Assembly (NCBI GenBank): GCA_964252035.1 | Contig: OZ176200.1 | Length of the DNA stretch: 64,000 bases | DNA from: Podarcis erhardii | Taxonomy: Eukaryota | Strand: one strand, 5' to 3' | Shown here: positions 61,174-64,000 of the stretch, one piece after another | How the letters are laid out: each line of letters opens with the position of its first letter | Position numbering within the stretch: the first letter of the stretch is position 1 | Program-made: the position numbers and the translations under genes | Notes under the pieces: generated by a model | What the model was told of the DNA's origin: nothing | Seen by the model: the letters and a program-made list of their open reading frames with translations, nothing else | The model's database searches: none

Positions 61174-61439
61174 AATTAAATAAATAAAAAAATGTCCAGT
61201 AGCACCTTAGAGACCAACTAAGTTTGTTCTGGGTATAAGCTTTCATGTACATGCACACTTCTTCAGATACAGTGTGCATGCACACTTCTTCAGATTCTTT
61301 GGTATCTGCAGAAGGGGGCATGCACACGAAAGCTTATACCCAGAACAAACTTAGTTGGTCTCTAAGGTGCTACTGGACAATTTTTTAATTTTTTAATTTA
61401 TTTTGACTGCGTCAGACCAACACAGCTACCCACCGGAAT
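61174..61439. mobile_element. Fold-back Penelope-type hammerhead element, copy C (different subfamily)
   Basis: Inverted arms at about 61193-61270 and 61302-61379, with an extra internal core copy at 61272-61295. TSD CTATTTCCCTTTG at 61156-61168 and 61440-61452, extending to AAATA with one indel. Confidence 0.85.
61233..61270 (-). ncRNA. Minimal type I hammerhead ribozyme motif
   Basis: The minus strand reads GTAT CTGAAGA A GTGTGC AT GTACAT GAAA GC TT|ATAC. The core is intact, stem I is 4 bp, and stem II has G-U wobbles. Confidence 0.6.
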
Positions 61440-63324
61440 CTATTTCCCTTTGGAAATACTTGGCCCTCCTAAAACAGTGGATTGGCATTTCTAAAGGCAA
61501 AAATCAGATCCCTGCAAGTGATAAATTGCCTATAGCTTATAACAAGCCACAAAGCCTATGAAACAATTTTGGAGAGCCAAACTTTAGACTTGACTATAAG
61601 AGCACTCATCTGCCCCCTGGCATGTTCAAATTACTCCAGTGTGCTATGTCTTGGGCGCAGTTTTCCCTTTCCTCTCTTTGATAGGAAAATGCGGCATGCA
61701 ATAGAATGGGGGCGGGGAGCGAGCTTTAGTAGTGATTTCGGTGACATGTAGATTGGCAAGTATTTCTGATTTCCAATTTTTTCAACAATCAACAACAAAA
61801 AGAAAGACATGCACACCCTTAATTCAGGCTGCCAAAATGCAGAAAGATTGAGTTAACAATGAAAGGACTGTAAGCTCACTTACGGACTCACTGTTAAAAC
61901 CATGTTTATGGAAGACAATCTTACTTGGCTACGAGTGATCACCAAAGAAGAAGAAGCTCAGTCCAGTTCTGGTATGGAAAAGAAATTCCCAGACTTAAAA
62001 TGTGCTCAGGGGCACCTTGTTCTTCAATTCTAACCACATACCTTTTGCACCTGGCTCTGCTTGGTAGATCTTGGCTTTCTAGCTTAAAATAAACTACACT
62101 CCCATCCTTGCATGCCAGCTCTCATAGGAATGGTAAAGTCCCTGTGAGTTGACACATATGTATTAGTGGCACTGGAAACATGAAGGACATTCTGTTATAT
62201 GTATCATATTCCTCTTTCTTGTTCTCTTCTGAGGAAAAAAATTCTAAAGGAACTTCTTGACAACATTTCATTCCTGAATGGTAGTGATAAAACCATTCAT
62301 TTGATACGTAGGAGAGATTTAACTCATTTAACTCACAAGGTTGCTGTGTGTGCCCTTGCAACCCAAAGGTTTAGGTGTAAATTTATCCTGCACAATACAT
62401 TGCATTGTGCAGGGAGTCATTTATAATAAATTGCAATACTGTCCCTTTCGCAGGACATATAAGCTGTATATAAAATGGTGTTTGTTTCCCATGTTTGTGA
62501 CGACCAATGGTGTTTAATAAAACTTGACATTTCTCTTATAGAACAGAATGAAAAGCCCCAAAAGGCCTGAAATGTGGCCCTTATGTTGCTGGTCCTCTAG
62601 GCTCCTGCCATGATGGCTTTTATTAGCTCTGTTTTCTAATAGCATCTATAATAAATTAGCAAAATTGCGACACCAAATATAACCATAAAGCAGCCACCAG
62701 TAATCAGTATATGAATCTAAAGACTGCACTAGTGCAGCGTTTCTCAAAATCTTTGAATGCAGCCCTCCTTCTGAAATTACGCTACCTTTTGTGACAGCCA
62801 CATGTACCCATGCAAAAATAGCAGTTTGTTCCACAGAGGCATGTGTGTGAAGATTCTCATACACAGTTGAATGCAGCCTCCTGATGTTTGTGTGATGATT
62901 TGTGAACTGGAGTAGTAAAATGAGGAAACTTGTAAAATGGGACATATGATTCCCCTATCCTAAACCAAACATTGATTTTTAAAAAATAGAATAAGCATCC
63001 TCCTTCCAAAATCAGATTTTGATGATGGGCCAGGAGGGATAAAGTCATCCATATAAATACAATGTGAATCAGTGATTGTCCTCTTAAGTTTTGGCTGTGG
63101 AGGGAAGAGGGCAGAATGAGGAAAGTTCTTGGAGTGAAGCGCAAAGAGAAAGCGATACCTTGATCAAGAACCCCATATAACTTATGGAGGCAGTACTGTA
63201 CTGTGGATTCCACACACCCACAAACTGACTGAAAAAGAATGGTGCTAGAGACAGCTCAGCATATCAAGATCAGCAATGGTGAGGAAGAGGCCTATAGCTT
63301 GGGAAGCTTCATCTGACTATAGTA

Positions 63325-63459
63325 TAAGGGTAGGCAATATGGTGCCCTTTGGCTATTGGACCACAACATCTGTCAGCCCCAGCCAACATGGCCCATTGTT
63401 AGGGATGATGAGAATTGGTGTCCAGCAACATCTGGAGGGAGCCATGTTGACTGTCCCCG
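63325..63459. mobile_element. Decayed palindromic hAT MITE
   Basis: Same GGCAA...GGACCACAAC...GATGAGAATTGGTGTCCAGCAACATCTGGAGGG architecture as 59073-59207. Confidence 0.55.
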
Positions 63460-63479
63460 CTTTGGTGAGTGACCCAGAT

Positions 63480-63920
63480 GGAGGCACATATATGAGAAGC
63501 TCCAGCTAGCTTCAGGGTTAAAAAGCAAATCCAAAGAGGGGATTAATACACTCATTTATCTAATGAAGGATTGGGCAGATGTCATTCAAGCTAAGCGAGG
63601 TAGGGTTAAAGAAATCCAATAAAGTAGTGGAAAGTTTCGAAAAACATTTCATTGTGAGGAGCAATGCGATTCATGGACGGGCACAATTTACGGTAATACT
63701 CGTATGAAAAAGGAAAATGAACCTATGGATGATTTTATTACCTCTCTATATTCCCTAGCTGAGCGTTGTGAATGTGATATCCTCCTCTGTGAGATGATCA
63801 GAGACATAATTGTTGTGGATGTCAAAAAACTCAAAGTGTCAAAAAAACTACAATTGGATGAGAGACTTACCCTGGAAAAAGCGTTCATCACTGAAGTAGC
63901 ATGAGAGAGTGTAAAGAGGC
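63480..63920 (+). mobile_element. Ty3/Gypsy gag relic
   Basis: Across frameshifts: INTLIYLM..., KVVESFEKHFIVRSNAIHGRAQF, EPMDDFITSLYSLAERCE...EMIRDIIVV...SKKLQLDERLTLEKA. These match the retrotransposon-gag pattern (ESVDDFIT.LY.LAEHC.YG...EMIRDRIVVG...LQL...LTLEKA). Confidence 0.75.
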
Positions 63921-64000
63921 CACCATTAGACCTTCATAAAAGGAGCAGCATTCCCCACCCCCACCCTCACACTGACAGTATTCATACTCTGAAGAGAAAG

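Overview
Vertebrate genomic DNA, most likely a squamate lizard (inferred from the repeat families, not verified). Two minus-strand genes lie in tandem. CAPRIN1 is complete: 18 coding exons at 16532-45900, 722 aa, with a non-coding exon 1 in a CpG island near 46.5 kb and a long 3'UTR. The 5' portion of NAT10 follows: 10 coding exons at 109-6914, 369 codons, continuing off the left edge. Each gene has one GC-AG intron. The rest is dense with transposon relics: Tc1/mariner-type and hAT MITEs, tRNA-headed SINEs, CR1/L2/L1 fragments, a solo LTR and a Gypsy gag relic. The most striking feature is a family of three short (about 190-270 bp) fold-back insertions at 8.4-8.6, 54.3-54.5 and 61.2-61.4 kb. 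Each is flanked by a 12-15 bp target-site duplication and is built from two head-to-head copies of a Penelope-type minimal hammerhead ribozyme module. Both arms of each copy share copy-specific variants. One copy with an intact ribozyme sits just upstream of the NAT10 promoter. All coordinates were read by eye. No database search or folding computation was run.
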